Source: a virus
Lineage: Duplodnaviria > Heunggongvirae > Uroviricota > Caudoviricetes
Reading direction: 5' to 3' (one strand)
Virus record (IMG/VR): IMGVR_UViG_3300020045_008999
Coordinates: 416,001 to 480,000 of that record
DNA length: 64,000 bases
Shown: one piece after another, positions 37,061-47,841 of the stretch
Layout of the letters: each line of letters begins with the position of its first letter
How positions within the stretch are numbered: position 1 is the stretch's first letter
The notes under the pieces: generated by a model
The model's input: the letters and a program-made list of their open reading frames with translations, nothing else
The model's database searches: none
Told to the model about the DNA's origin: nothing
Translations under genes and position numbers: made by a program

Positions 37061-37794
37061 ATATATCTGTTTAATCTTCCAATATTTTTTTGAACGGTAT
37101 TTATAAATCTATCAATTTCAACATCTGACATTTTCACCAAATCACTATACAATTTTGCATTTTTCGAATAAAATTCTGCATCAATTTGTTCAATTGGGTG
37201 GTATAGATGATATGCATGATTATTACACTGGTACCAATTCAGTTTATGTTTAATGAGGATATCCAATCCAATATCTTCATATCCATATCCCTCGAATAAT
37301 TCACACCATCCACCGATTTTCTTAATCGATTCAGTTTGGAAAAAACATATACCATTTGTCAAATTTGCATCTAAGAAATCAACTGCGGTTTCTATACTAA
37401 AAATATCAACATTGAGTTGACTAGAACTATATTTATCTAACCTATTTATTTTTTCATATGGGGCAATAAATTCATACTTATTTAACAATTTCAATGATTC
37501 TAAAAATGGTTCATAATCCATAATTATATCACAATTTCCAAAAATAACATTTGGTGTATTACAATACTTAAGTCCTACATTAAATACCCACGAACGGTTA
37601 TAATTTGGGTTATGTGTTTCAATAAATATATGCTTAGCACTTATATTGAGATTTGAAATTTTACTATGACGATCAGCCTCAATCACGATGACGTCCAAAT
37701 TATCTAGTCGATTCAACCAATCTATTGTTTTGAGTAAATTACTCAATTGATGTGTACTGTGCTTATATCCTATTATATATGTGTATTTATTCAA
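37057..37794 (-). CDS. Glycosyltransferase (GT2/GT7-like)
   Basis: YNRSWVFNVG, FGNCDII, IGGWCELFEGYGYED, HLYH. Confidence 0.8.
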   Translation of the reverse strand: MNKYTYIIGYKHSTHQLSNLLKTIDWLNRLDNLDVIVIEADRHSKISNLNISAKHIFIETHNPNYNRSWVFNVGLKYCNTPNVIFGNCDIIMDYEPFLESLKLLNKYEFIAPYEKINRLDKYSSSQLNVDIFSIETAVDFLDANLTNGICFFQTESIKKIGGWCELFEGYGYEDIGLDILIKHKLNWYQCNNHAYHLYHPIEQIDAEFYSKNAKLYSDLVKMSDVEIDRFINTVQKNIGRLNRYI

Positions 37795-37875
37795 TGCTTT
37801 TATATTTAATATTTTATATTTTATAAAAAAAACACCATTTAGTTTATTACCTTTGTGAAATATAATATATACACT

Positions 37876-38352
37876 ATGATAACAAATAGTAATAGGACAC
37901 TTTTTTTAAAATCCAATTTTATAAATTCGCAATATATTACAAAATATATTGATTTTTTATCTATCGATGTTAATTTTTTATATTTAGATTTTTCCAATAA
38001 TAAAGATGTATTAACATCTAAAGTAAATCACCAGAGAGTAAATATCACAAATATTTCGGATATAATACTTGGTAATTTAAGAAATGTTGATCACATTATT
38101 ATAGACATTCCGCTTGGTTATAATCATATTTTTTTAGATACCTTGGCTAATATCTTACATACAATTACCGTTAAGTATTCAGTCATTACTCACAGCATAA
38201 ATTCAAATATTACTAAATTTGTAAAATTCGATGAATGTTATTTGTTAAATGAAAATTCACTTACTAATATCGTTTCAGAAAATGAATTATATTTTGAAAA
38301 TTTCAAAAAAGAATACATTAGAATTGCTACAATTAACGATATATTGAAATAA
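37876..38352 (+). CDS. Hypothetical protein with C-terminal RxxxIxxIL motif
   Basis: Ends YIRIATINDILK. Confidence 0.65.
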   Translation: MITNSNRTLFLKSNFINSQYITKYIDFLSIDVNFLYLDFSNNKDVLTSKVNHQRVNITNISDIILGNLRNVDHIIIDIPLGYNHIFLDTLANILHTITVKYSVITHSINSNITKFVKFDECYLLNENSLTNIVSENELYFENFKKEYIRIATINDILK

Positions 38353-38568
38353 TTAGCTACGTAACATACCTGGGTTTTTATACTCTGAACTACTAACTAT
38401 TTCAAGAAGTTGATCAGTTGATAGTGAATTCTTATCCCAGCCTTTCGTACTACTGTAAGAAACTATGAATTGTTCTCTTAAATTCTCAAGTTCTATTTTA
38501 CTTAGGTTGTTCCCGGACTTTATCATTTCACCATCGGTGTAGATGTTTTTCAGCATATTATTTTCCAT
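38353..38568 (-). CDS. Small hypothetical protein
   Basis: 71 aa; TAATATATA at 38587-38595. Confidence 0.7.
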   Translation of the reverse strand: MENNMLKNIYTDGEMIKSGNNLSKIELENLREQFIVSYSSTKGWDKNSLSTDQLLEIVSSSEYKNPGMLRS

Positions 38569-38620
38569 TTTGATATATTTTTTTGATATATATTAAAAAA
38601 ACTTTCTTACATTTGTAATC

Positions 38621-39136
38621 ATGTTAATTAAAGCTAAAGGAATACTCAATTTTAACCCGGTCGATATCACTAAAAAGCACGAAATGCAATCGGCTTGGAA
38701 AACTGTGGCCATGATCGAAATAGATAGTGAAATTGATCAATATTATAAATGGTTTATCGAGACTCGATTTTCACTTAAATTGAATAAAAATCTAAGAGGT
38801 AGCCACATTACGTTTATTTCAGATATATTGGATCGGGATTTATATGAAGTAATTTCAACGAAGTATAATGGCAAAGAAGTCGATTTCTACTATTCAATCG
38901 AACCATTCACAAATGGCGAACATTGGTGGCTTAGGGTATTTTGCTTTGATATTGAACCAATTCGCGAAGAACTTAATTTAGACAAATATCCATATTTCGG
39001 TCTTCATTTAACCTTGGGTCACGTAACCACTACCAATTCAATACATGGTGAATACATAAAAGAGGTTTGCAATTTTCACAAACTTTTACTTTCAGAACCG
39101 AGGAAACCGTTTGACCAATACACAATTATAAAATAA
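38621..39136 (+). CDS. 2H phosphoesterase (LigT/Acb1-like)
   Basis: Two HxT motifs, GSHITF and GLHLTLG. Confidence 0.75.
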   Translation: MLIKAKGILNFNPVDITKKHEMQSAWKTVAMIEIDSEIDQYYKWFIETRFSLKLNKNLRGSHITFISDILDRDLYEVISTKYNGKEVDFYYSIEPFTNGEHWWLRVFCFDIEPIREELNLDKYPYFGLHLTLGHVTTTNSIHGEYIKEVCNFHKLLLSEPRKPFDQYTIIK

Positions 39137-39164
39137 TATAGTTAATCAATCAATTGAATCTAAT

Positions 39165-39491
39165 ATGTTAATATTATTAAAATGTATCAATCCCCTCAAC
39201 ACTGATCGTGAAAATGTTAAATTGTCTGATTTTGAAATAATTGATAGTATACCATATACAACAAATCTTGATATAATCAATGAAATGGTATTCATCAGGC
39301 ATGATTACACTCTAGTATATAAATTATACGACAGTATTATTCCACCTAATGGCATTTACCCTTTATACAATGCAGTTGATTGGACTACGTTGATGGGGAA
39401 CGCTACATTGGCAGCCATTTTAGTAAATGGTAATCATCCAAAATTCAGACCAATCATGCGTGAGGTGATAATATCATCAATTATAACTTAA
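39165..39491 (+). CDS. Hypothetical protein with C-terminal RxxxIxxII motif
   Basis: Ends MREVIISSIIT. Confidence 0.65.
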   Translation: MLILLKCINPLNTDRENVKLSDFEIIDSIPYTTNLDIINEMVFIRHDYTLVYKLYDSIIPPNGIYPLYNAVDWTTLMGNATLAAILVNGNHPKFRPIMREVIISSIIT

Positions 39492-39823
39492 TGAAAATAT
39501 ATTCAATAATTTCCACAAAAATAAATCATGTTAGTTCAAATGCAATTGTCGCAGATGAAATTTCCAATTATGCAATGTCCGACATAAAAATAATACACAA
39601 TTTCTATGGCGATCTTAATTTGAACGTAATTAATAATTACATTAAGAGTACTGAGTCACTTCCATTAATCATTAATTCTGATCTACATTACATAGACACG
39701 GATGGATTATGTTTGATCTTATGGTTACAGAATACTAATCAAATATATGCATTAATTGACAGCACCTCTAAAGCATTTATACACATTGGACGTTCTATAA
39801 TAATTACAAATATTCTAAAATAA
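39491..39823 (+). CDS. Hypothetical protein with C-terminal RxxxIxxIL motif
   Basis: Ends GRSIIITNILK. Confidence 0.65.
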   Translation: MKIYSIISTKINHVSSNAIVADEISNYAMSDIKIIHNFYGDLNLNVINNYIKSTESLPLIINSDLHYIDTDGLCLILWLQNTNQIYALIDSTSKAFIHIGRSIIITNILK

Positions 39824-39838
39824 TTACAATATATTGCT

Positions 39839-40333
39839 ATGAATAAGATTAAATGTAAAGATTTTTTTATAATTAAAGTATTAAATTATGCAGATAAAAA
39901 GATACTTACTAAATGGCACATTGAGGGCGGGCCAATGCCCACACAACACCGGGAACGTGCAGAAATGGATTATCATCTATATAGCGAGTTTGTCAAATAC
40001 GTAACTGGTCGTTCCCTTGATGAATGGCGACCAACATATCACTATGATACAATGAATTGTGTAAGTGAAGAAATATATGAACACTATGGCATAATCATAC
40101 AAGATAACGAAGGTTATCGAACTTTCTTAATCCCGATAGGCAATACAAAATGTATCAATTGGATTACCAAACATATCAAAGCACCATATCGAATAGTACA
40201 GAAAATCGTACTAGGTTCTAGTAGATTTGATGGTTTAATAAGATATGGATGCAGAGAACGCTGTATTGAGTTCCAAAAACAAAATGCTGATTTTCTCAAA
40301 CAAATATATCCAGAACAAAAAAACCCACTATAA
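39839..40333 (+). CDS. Hypothetical protein
   Basis: 164-aa ORF. Confidence 0.7.
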   Translation: MNKIKCKDFFIIKVLNYADKKILTKWHIEGGPMPTQHRERAEMDYHLYSEFVKYVTGRSLDEWRPTYHYDTMNCVSEEIYEHYGIIIQDNEGYRTFLIPIGNTKCINWITKHIKAPYRIVQKIVLGSSRFDGLIRYGCRERCIEFQKQNADFLKQIYPEQKNPL

Positions 40334-40347
40334 TTATAGTGGGTTTT
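40320..40347. terminator. Perfect 28-bp palindrome containing both convergent stop codons
   Basis: AAAACCCACTATAA|TTATAGTGGGTTTT. Confidence 0.75.
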
Positions 40348-41122
40348 GTGTATCGGTATAATGTTTGGTTATTCGTTCGTTTGCTGAATGATAATATGTT
40401 GGATCATTTTCAATAATAATAAATTTACGATTACTATTTATGGCGGCGATAGCAGATGAACCTGATCCACTACAATTATCCAATATTATTTCACCAGTAA
40501 CTGAATAAGTGTTTATTAAATATTCTAATAAATCAACCGGTTTTTGTGTAGCGTGGATTGATTTATAATTCGAATTAGAATATTCAAGTATCTGTCGTGG
40601 ATAATTTTCATATTGAATTACCCGCTCTAAAGGTGTTGCCTCCCGAAAATGGTTCACTTTACCATTGCCCGTATAATTTTTCGGACGCTTCCATTTTTTA
40701 TTCACTTCGACCAGACCCTGTGGATAATAGGGCATATTATTCCGGGACCCATTTGCGGTTGATCCATTGGAAAATACTATGATTTCTTCTACATCTTTCA
40801 ATGGTTTTAACTTTGCGTTTACATACCCACCAGGTCTACTTTTCTTCCAATACATCATATATTTAAACATACCTGGATTACTAGTTATGAGCAGAGATGT
40901 AAACGGCTGTTGGCCAAATAATACAATAGCCCCATTATCTTTTATTATTCGATTGTATTGTACCCATAGTGGCTCAAATGGGATAATATTATCCCACGAG
41001 CAAGCAGTGGTCCCATATGGGAGGTCACACAATATCATATCAATTGATTTGTCTGGAATATCATTCATTACCACTAAACAGTCACCTAAATATGATTTAC
41101 CATTTATAAATTCAGTCGTCAT
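40334..41122 (-). CDS. Orphan DNA methyltransferase (N6-A/N4-C, beta class)
   Basis: DLPYG, HATQKP, LDNCSGSGS. Confidence 0.92.
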   Translation of the reverse strand: MTTEFINGKSYLGDCLVVMNDIPDKSIDMILCDLPYGTTACSWDNIIPFEPLWVQYNRIIKDNGAIVLFGQQPFTSLLITSNPGMFKYMMYWKKSRPGGYVNAKLKPLKDVEEIIVFSNGSTANGSRNNMPYYPQGLVEVNKKWKRPKNYTGNGKVNHFREATPLERVIQYENYPRQILEYSNSNYKSIHATQKPVDLLEYLINTYSVTGEIILDNCSGSGSSAIAAINSNRKFIIIENDPTYYHSANERITKHYTDTQNPL

Positions 41123-41146
41123 TATTCTATGTTTTAGTTATTAATA

Positions 41147-41665
41147 TTATCCAAAATCAATGTCGAAATAATCAAAATTTACTCCATTTGCACTTACTTC
41201 CAATTCATCATGTCTTAGTAATTGATATTCGAAATACCTACCACATCTAAACAATGAACGAATAAATTGTATATTTTCAGAATCTTTATTAATGAGATCA
41301 ACGTTTACCATTAGGCATATTTCCTTACGATTATCTTCCGGAATATATCCTACAATGTCATCAGCATTATTCTTATTGGTACGATCTTTTCCATATGAAA
41401 TGAATTTAACATCTAATACCTCATCATTCACTGTATAAGTAATTTTCACATCATCATTACTTACTAAACTATGGTCTTCTTCTCGCAGAAATACTCGTAT
41501 ATATGCATAAGTTGCCTGTTCTTGGGTTATTTCGGATTTGGTATGGCGGCGATAATCCACGAAGTTCGCATCATCTAGATTAATTTCTTGTATAGCAGAT
41601 TGTAATGATTTTAGTCGGTTTGGTATTTCTTTGCGCTCTGGGAATTCGGCATCATCGATATTCAT
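41147..41665 (-). CDS. Hypothetical protein
   Basis: 172 aa; TAAAC-N18-TATAAA upstream. Confidence 0.75.
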   Translation of the reverse strand: MNIDDAEFPERKEIPNRLKSLQSAIQEINLDDANFVDYRRHTKSEITQEQATYAYIRVFLREEDHSLVSNDDVKITYTVNDEVLDVKFISYGKDRTNKNNADDIVGYIPEDNRKEICLMVNVDLINKDSENIQFIRSLFRCGRYFEYQLLRHDELEVSANGVNFDYFDIDFG

Positions 41666-41751
41666 AATATTATTTTTATTTAGAGTTTATATCATATAAG
41701 TATAATTTAGTTTATATTTATTTAATATATACATGAAAACTATCACTCAAT

Positions 41752-42507
41752 ATGATCTATCGATTTAATGAACACAAAGAGGAAAATAATGAAGAACGTT
41801 ATAGGCCTATACATTCATTTACCATAAAAGATAAACTTTCTGATAAAATATGGGAAACCGACGACATAATTATGGAGCCGATTCGAGAACAATTACTGAC
41901 AATTGCAAATGATTTATTTGATAAATTAGAACTTGATATTAAATTGGAAGATATTATATTAACCGGATCATTGGCAAATTACAATCATTCCGAATATAGC
42001 GATTTCGATATACACCTATTATTAGACTTCAAATTAATCAATAATGATTATGAGTTTGTTCGCAAGTATGCCGACTCAATTGCAGCCGTATGGAATTTAC
42101 AACACGAAATTGTAATAGCGGGATATGATGTCGAAGTTTACTTACAAGATATAAATGAAATACACAATTCTACCGGTCAATATTCATTGTTAAATAACCA
42201 GTGGAATATAAAACCAGAAATATCAAATTTTAAACCGGATGAAGAGTTAATCAAGATAAAATCAAAAAGTATTATGGACCGCATCGATGAAATTTCTAAA
42301 AGTTATGAAGATGGTCTCGATTATGAAACCTTGATCACCGATATCAAACGAATTTTTAAAAAAATAAAAGATGGTAGAAAATCTGGTCTAGTAAGGGAGG
42401 GTGAATACTCAATTGAGAATTTAGTTTTTAAGTTACTTAGAAGAAATGGTTATATTGAGAAAATAATCGATATAAGAAGAGAATCATATGATAAAAAATT
42501 CAAATAA
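41752..42507 (+). CDS. Pol-beta-superfamily nucleotidyltransferase
   Basis: IILTGSLANY...SDFDIH...VEVY. Confidence 0.8.
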   Translation: MIYRFNEHKEENNEERYRPIHSFTIKDKLSDKIWETDDIIMEPIREQLLTIANDLFDKLELDIKLEDIILTGSLANYNHSEYSDFDIHLLLDFKLINNDYEFVRKYADSIAAVWNLQHEIVIAGYDVEVYLQDINEIHNSTGQYSLLNNQWNIKPEISNFKPDEELIKIKSKSIMDRIDEISKSYEDGLDYETLITDIKRIFKKIKDGRKSGLVREGEYSIENLVFKLLRRNGYIEKIIDIRRESYDKKFK

Positions 42508-42512
42508 AACAG

Positions 42513-43196
42513 ATGACATTACTAGAGATTGAAAATACCTTTAAGGAAATATTTAGAGAAGATGAAGGATTGGTAAAAACGGTAGATACTGTTTACGAAA
42601 AAACCAATGATGGTGAATTGAAATTAGTAATTTCAATTCATGGCCTTAGCGTGGAAGATACTATTATCATACATACTAAATTCATATTCAGAGTAGATGA
42701 TCAAAAAACAAAATTATTGGATAATTCATTCACATACTTATATGATATTAACTGTTTTTATCACAAAGTTGAATTCAGAAACGTGATCGATATGAAGCAT
42801 AAAATTGAACAAATTATAGATTCGAACAATTTTGGTCAAGATTTACAGCTACTATCAGACTTCATAGAAGCACCAGCCACTTTCCTAAACCATTACTTAC
42901 GCCAGTCTAAGATTACCGATTATTCGATATTCAGTGTCATATATGAACCAAAATTTAAAATAGTACCTTGTCACGAATTATCATTTGATTTTGATATAAA
43001 TATTAATGATAACTATACCATAAATCTAATTATACGCAAGACTGATAAAAAAACCCCAGAAGATATTAATAAATACTCACTGAAGTTAAAGATGTTAGAT
43101 CAAACAATTAGCGAAGAAGTTGATACACTTTTAAATTTACACGCGACCATTGGATCGTGTATTGCTAACATTTTAGATAAAAAATTAAACCAATAA
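42513..43196 (+). CDS. Hypothetical protein
   Basis: 227 aa, apparently in an operon with the nucleotidyltransferase. Confidence 0.8.
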   Translation: MTLLEIENTFKEIFREDEGLVKTVDTVYEKTNDGELKLVISIHGLSVEDTIIIHTKFIFRVDDQKTKLLDNSFTYLYDINCFYHKVEFRNVIDMKHKIEQIIDSNNFGQDLQLLSDFIEAPATFLNHYLRQSKITDYSIFSVIYEPKFKIVPCHELSFDFDININDNYTINLIIRKTDKKTPEDINKYSLKLKMLDQTISEEVDTLLNLHATIGSCIANILDKKLNQ

Positions 43197-43199
43197 ATA

Positions 43200-43883
43200 A
43201 TGTTGAAGAAATTTAGAGATTTTAGTAAAATAAACGAAACATCAGAATTCAATAACCAACGAATGGGCAATGATCCTGGTTCAATTGCCGGTGGTGTGGA
43301 CGATCCTAGTTTATCTCTGAATTCATATGATAAACATCAATCAAAAATTCAACAAGGCATGTCGGTGTTGAATGGTTTAGCTATGCAAGCAAGTCCAAGC
43401 ATCAATGGTCTAAAAGGTAAATTGGCATTAGAAAATCAAAATATAGACAGTGTTAAAATACTCCGAATTGTTCCGAAAAATTTAATAAAATATGATGCAT
43501 ATATCACATTTGTTATACAAAATATTGAATATTGGGGAATGGTTGAAGATATTACGTCAAGAGATGCAGTGTTAACTAGTGAAGTTTTCAATGATCAGGG
43601 CCTAATACAAAGTACTGAGTGGATTATTCGGACAAAGGGGACCATAATTAAAGCAATAAATGAATGGATGTGTCCGAAAGAGGGTAGTTATACATTATTA
43701 ATAGATGATATAAAATGTAATAATAATGCTACTGGTGAATATACCTCTATTGAAAAAAATACAGTTGTTGAAGTTATACGTTCACACGACAACACAATAC
43801 TAATCAGTGTGAATAACGAACGATTCACACTGAGTGGTAAAAATTATATTTATTTCAATTGGTGGTTTTCACCGGTTGATTAA
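43200..43883 (+). CDS. Hypothetical protein with capsid-targeting-like N-terminus
   Basis: Starts MLKKFRDFSKINE. Confidence 0.75.
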   Translation: MLKKFRDFSKINETSEFNNQRMGNDPGSIAGGVDDPSLSLNSYDKHQSKIQQGMSVLNGLAMQASPSINGLKGKLALENQNIDSVKILRIVPKNLIKYDAYITFVIQNIEYWGMVEDITSRDAVLTSEVFNDQGLIQSTEWIIRTKGTIIKAINEWMCPKEGSYTLLIDDIKCNNNATGEYTSIEKNTVVEVIRSHDNTILISVNNERFTLSGKNYIYFNWWFSPVD

Positions 43884-45532
43884 ATTTGAATAACCTCTAG
43901 GTGAATTTTAATGCGTTGGATATTTCCCGACATTTCTCTAAACCCAAGACGAAATTGTGTGGATGAGATTGGTTTGAACACAATTTGTGCAAGGTCATTA
44001 TCAAGATCCATATTTGAAGAATCACTTTGTATGAAGCTTCTAACATAGTAATTAGTCCCAACCATGGGATTTGCAATAGTCACCAATACAAACGAATCTG
44101 ATCCAGAACTTGAAATTTGCGCGGCTGCAATCACATCACCACTAACACCTAATGTAGTCGCTGATGAGTTAACATCAAAAAATGCAAACCATCCCACATT
44201 TCGGGTCTTATCAATTTTCGCAAAATATTCCTTAGGCATTAAGCCATTTTTCACAGATGACGCTACATAATTCACATCTGATAACATAGCCGGTATCGAA
44301 CGGGTGGTAACCATTCCACTTTCACTTACCAACATTTCATCACTTACCGATGTTGAATTTCCGACATTACCAATTCGCATCACCCCAAGTTTATCAATGC
44401 TAAGCAAATCAAATCCAGTGGAAACCAAACGAACATTGATACCTTCGTTTCCACTACTACCAGTGGTCCTAGCAACTTGACCTATAAATATTCCATTGGT
44501 AACATTTCCTATATTTTTACAGATAATACCAGCTCCAAGTACTTGTGTATTAGTAGGTAGTACACTTTCAGTGTTTTCTATCTTTAAAATTGGTCCACTA
44601 CCATTCACAAATGCACCTAACACATCAACGGTATAACCTGGAGCTTTATTATTAACACCAATTCTACTGTTAGCAGAGTCTATTGTTAAATTATAAGCCA
44701 GTTCACTACCAAAATGTTGCTTATTCACAAATGGATCTCTCTCCCAAAACGTTTTTGTAGTTCCCGGTGTCCCGAATGAGGCATCAACCGAAATAGCATT
44801 GTGGTAAGTAAAACTACTCCAGTTATTACCAGTGGCTGATCGCTTGGCAAATTCTTGTATATATACGTCATTGCCCACATTTGCTTTCACACTTGTTAGC
44901 TTACTATATGCATTCAAAGTGGTACCTAAATCAACCAGTGGTGACACCGCGAATATACCACTTACTACGAAATCTGTATATCCAATAGTCATACGTGGAA
45001 TCATCGATGATACACTTCCGGGCACACGATTATTTATACCGATTACACCATTTGAAAAATAAAAACTAGCAGAACCTCTGACATTCGAATCTATAGCACC
45101 CCCATTTAACCAGTTATCAGAAATAACATTACTAGTTGAGTTGCTAGAAAAGTACATAGGCACCCCAGTACCAATATTTGAATTTATTTGCAATTCCGAT
45201 TTTGGGCTAATTGCATTTATCCCTAAATAACCATTAGTACCAGAGTTGATATTAAGATGTATAAATGTTGCCGCAATTGTGGACCCAGTATTCCAATATG
45301 CCAATGTATTCAAAATTCCAGTACCTACTGAATAATCACCAACTACTACCCAGTTCTGAGTCACATCATTCCAGGTATAGGTTTTGCGATCGTCGATTTG
45401 AAAAACAGTTAAGTTATCATAGCGATATGTGAGTGGTATCGAATTTCTCTCGACCGCATTAGCAACCAATGTTCTCCCATCAATTGGTTTTTTTACATTT
45501 ATATTAAAATTATCTATTAATGAAATTGACAT
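43880..45532 (-). CDS. Putative tail fiber / receptor-binding protein
   Basis: GIN..SP...LQI and IGVNNKAP...VDV fiber-type repeats; G/S/N-rich. Confidence 0.65.
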   Translation of the reverse strand: MSISLIDNFNINVKKPIDGRTLVANAVERNSIPLTYRYDNLTVFQIDDRKTYTWNDVTQNWVVVGDYSVGTGILNTLAYWNTGSTIAATFIHLNINSGTNGYLGINAISPKSELQINSNIGTGVPMYFSSNSTSNVISDNWLNGGAIDSNVRGSASFYFSNGVIGINNRVPGSVSSMIPRMTIGYTDFVVSGIFAVSPLVDLGTTLNAYSKLTSVKANVGNDVYIQEFAKRSATGNNWSSFTYHNAISVDASFGTPGTTKTFWERDPFVNKQHFGSELAYNLTIDSANSRIGVNNKAPGYTVDVLGAFVNGSGPILKIENTESVLPTNTQVLGAGIICKNIGNVTNGIFIGQVARTTGSSGNEGINVRLVSTGFDLLSIDKLGVMRIGNVGNSTSVSDEMLVSESGMVTTRSIPAMLSDVNYVASSVKNGLMPKEYFAKIDKTRNVGWFAFFDVNSSATTLGVSGDVIAAAQISSSGSDSFVLVTIANPMVGTNYYVRSFIQSDSSNMDLDNDLAQIVFKPISSTQFRLGFREMSGNIQRIKIHLEVIQI

Positions 45533-45535
45533 GGA

Positions 45536-47179
45536 TTAGTGTTTTATTTTATATGTTGCTCGGAAGCTATTGTTCAAATCACCAACAGTGGTTAGATTTG
45601 GGGTATTTAGGGTGGGTGTGTATACATAAACAACGTAAGGAACATTCGTCCATTTAGAGTTTGTGGTTAAATTCAGGTCATATTTGGTAAACGAGTTTAT
45701 GAATTCGAAGCCAGAATATGTTATACTACTAACCTCTGTGACTAGTGGACCACTCACATATTCATATTTAGGATGCATATAATAAATACAAACATTATTC
45801 CCAACAAAGTCAAAATCTTGCTCGTCGAATATATTAGTGACTATCTTTCTAATCCCAACAGTTTGTGTGGTAACCAATGAATTAATCAAGACATCAATCC
45901 CAACTTTGGTATTTGTAGCAGTCGCAGATGTTCCCCACATAAATGGATATACTTTGTTCAAATAAACCGAACTAGATACCTCGGTACCAGTATTATCAGT
46001 TACTCTAATTGTAAATTCTTTTCGGCGATCAGTTGCAACTACGCTAGTTGGTATAGATATGGGTGATGTACTGGTATATGATGTATTTAGCGGGGTTCCA
46101 ATTATCGGGAAATTTGCTAAGTTTATTGGGTTTATCGTGTTGATATTATTAGACTTTTTCACTATACTAAACACATATTGAATTGAGGTTATATCCCCAT
46201 ATTCATAAATTATTTCACTAGTTCCATTTGTACTATTGTTTGGTGAAATTAGTATAGTGAGCTCCGTTGTCGGTTGTACATACATATATAATAATCGATT
46301 TATAACGTTTTCAAATGTTGCATTTACAAATAAATCACCGGCCATAATACCACCAATATCATATGGCACTGGGATAGGCAACTGATCATCATCTACAGGT
46401 GACGTATATAACAAAGGCACTTCAATGTCATTAGTTGTAATTTTAACTGGGAATCCAGTAATAGATGCTTCGCCATCAGAATATATACTATTGACAGTAC
46501 CATCTTCACTAAGCTCAACTCGACCCTTTATGTGATCATATCTAAGAACCTGGTTATGATAATCAGACAATTCAGATGGATCATAATATTTATTATAGGC
46601 CAACCCATTTATAAATATATTACCCCCAAATTGAGTTGCCCCGGTCGCACCCATTCCTACTGTACCGGCACTTAGTTCAATGTTACCATAGTTGATACCA
46701 TCACTTGTGGAACTGTTAACGATAACCAAATTTGAATAACTCGCACCGACAATGAATTTTGATTCAATGTATGGTGCAGAATTGTGTAATATGTCACCCA
46801 TACCAGATAATATTGAAATTCTGGTATTCTGAGTCACATTGTCCGATTTATTATTATAAAAATAAAAATCAGTTAAGTTAGAAGCCATCAATGAGCTAGT
46901 CATTATGTCAGTATTCGAATATTTTCGTTTACCAAAATACATAGTTTCTTTATTATCAGAATTCCCACCAGATCCGGAATACCCAATAAAATTTCGTAAA
47001 TTATCAGAAGTTTTAGTAAATTTAAATGGAATGTTTTCCCATAATGTATAAACCGCATCTCTCACATCTTTAGGGGACACCATCTTAGCAGTATTATCTG
47101 GAATTTGTGATAATATTTGGCTTATATCATTTAAATTTGAACTCTCAATTGGGAATGTATATGAACTATATGTTGACAT
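45536..47179 (-). CDS. Putative virion structural (fiber/baseplate) protein
   Basis: T/S/N-rich with an Ig-like C-terminus; late motif at 47202. Confidence 0.55.
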   Translation of the reverse strand: MSTYSSYTFPIESSNLNDISQILSQIPDNTAKMVSPKDVRDAVYTLWENIPFKFTKTSDNLRNFIGYSGSGGNSDNKETMYFGKRKYSNTDIMTSSLMASNLTDFYFYNNKSDNVTQNTRISILSGMGDILHNSAPYIESKFIVGASYSNLVIVNSSTSDGINYGNIELSAGTVGMGATGATQFGGNIFINGLAYNKYYDPSELSDYHNQVLRYDHIKGRVELSEDGTVNSIYSDGEASITGFPVKITTNDIEVPLLYTSPVDDDQLPIPVPYDIGGIMAGDLFVNATFENVINRLLYMYVQPTTELTILISPNNSTNGTSEIIYEYGDITSIQYVFSIVKKSNNINTINPINLANFPIIGTPLNTSYTSTSPISIPTSVVATDRRKEFTIRVTDNTGTEVSSSVYLNKVYPFMWGTSATATNTKVGIDVLINSLVTTQTVGIRKIVTNIFDEQDFDFVGNNVCIYYMHPKYEYVSGPLVTEVSSITYSGFEFINSFTKYDLNLTTNSKWTNVPYVVYVYTPTLNTPNLTTVGDLNNSFRATYKIKH

Positions 47180-47207
47180 CTATAAGATATTGATTTTTAT
47201 GTATATA

Positions 47208-47774
47208 TTAAAAATTGATATAGTCCTTTATTTTCATTAGCATATAATCAGTGATCAAGTCAGATGGGTTTAGACTATTTAAGTATTTCGTATCAACCTT
47301 AACCGATTTACTTTTACCCTCAGCAACACTTCCATCACCATCAGCTGCCACTTCTGTATAGTCACGCTCGGTCAATTGAATGATAGCAGCATGGTATTTA
47401 TTAACATGTCCTTTAGTCATAAATAATGGCTTTAAGAATTCAATGTTGAAATCTGGGCGGATTATAATCCCTGCTTCTTCCTGAATTTCTCGCAACAATG
47501 ATTCCTCAGGGGTTTCGTTTTCTTCCATAGATCCACAAATTAAGGTAAGGTGATACTCCTGACCATCGCGATACTTAAAGGTTGGTATATATTCTTCGCG
47601 AACAACTATTTTATTTAAATCAATTAGATAAATTATACAAACCACTACATCACTTTCACTAACCAGTGACCAATCTTCATATCCAATTATTTTAATATAT
47701 CCATCATCATATTTGACATCATCCTTAGAAATTTCAACTGTTGTATCAGCTTTTATATTAGTAAATTTTTCCAT
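47208..47774 (-). CDS. NUDIX hydrolase
   Basis: GSMEENETPEESLLREIQEEAG Nudix box. Confidence 0.9.
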   Translation of the reverse strand: MEKFTNIKADTTVEISKDDVKYDDGYIKIIGYEDWSLVSESDVVVCIIYLIDLNKIVVREEYIPTFKYRDGQEYHLTLICGSMEENETPEESLLREIQEEAGIIIRPDFNIEFLKPLFMTKGHVNKYHAAIIQLTERDYTEVAADGDGSVAEGKSKSVKVDTKYLNSLNPSDLITDYMLMKIKDYINF

Positions 47775-47841
47775 ATATCAAATAGTTTTCTTGTATATAT
47801 TAAATAAAATCACTATCTTTACTAAAATAAATAAATTTATT

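Noticed and set aside
40334-41122. Restriction-modification system
   Set aside because: No recognisable cognate endonuclease; orphan methyltransferases are common in phages.
41752-42507. Nucleotidyltransferase as the CCA-adding enzyme for the CCA-less tRNAs
   Set aside because: Lacks class II motifs (GGxVRD, RRD, EDxxR); no positive support.
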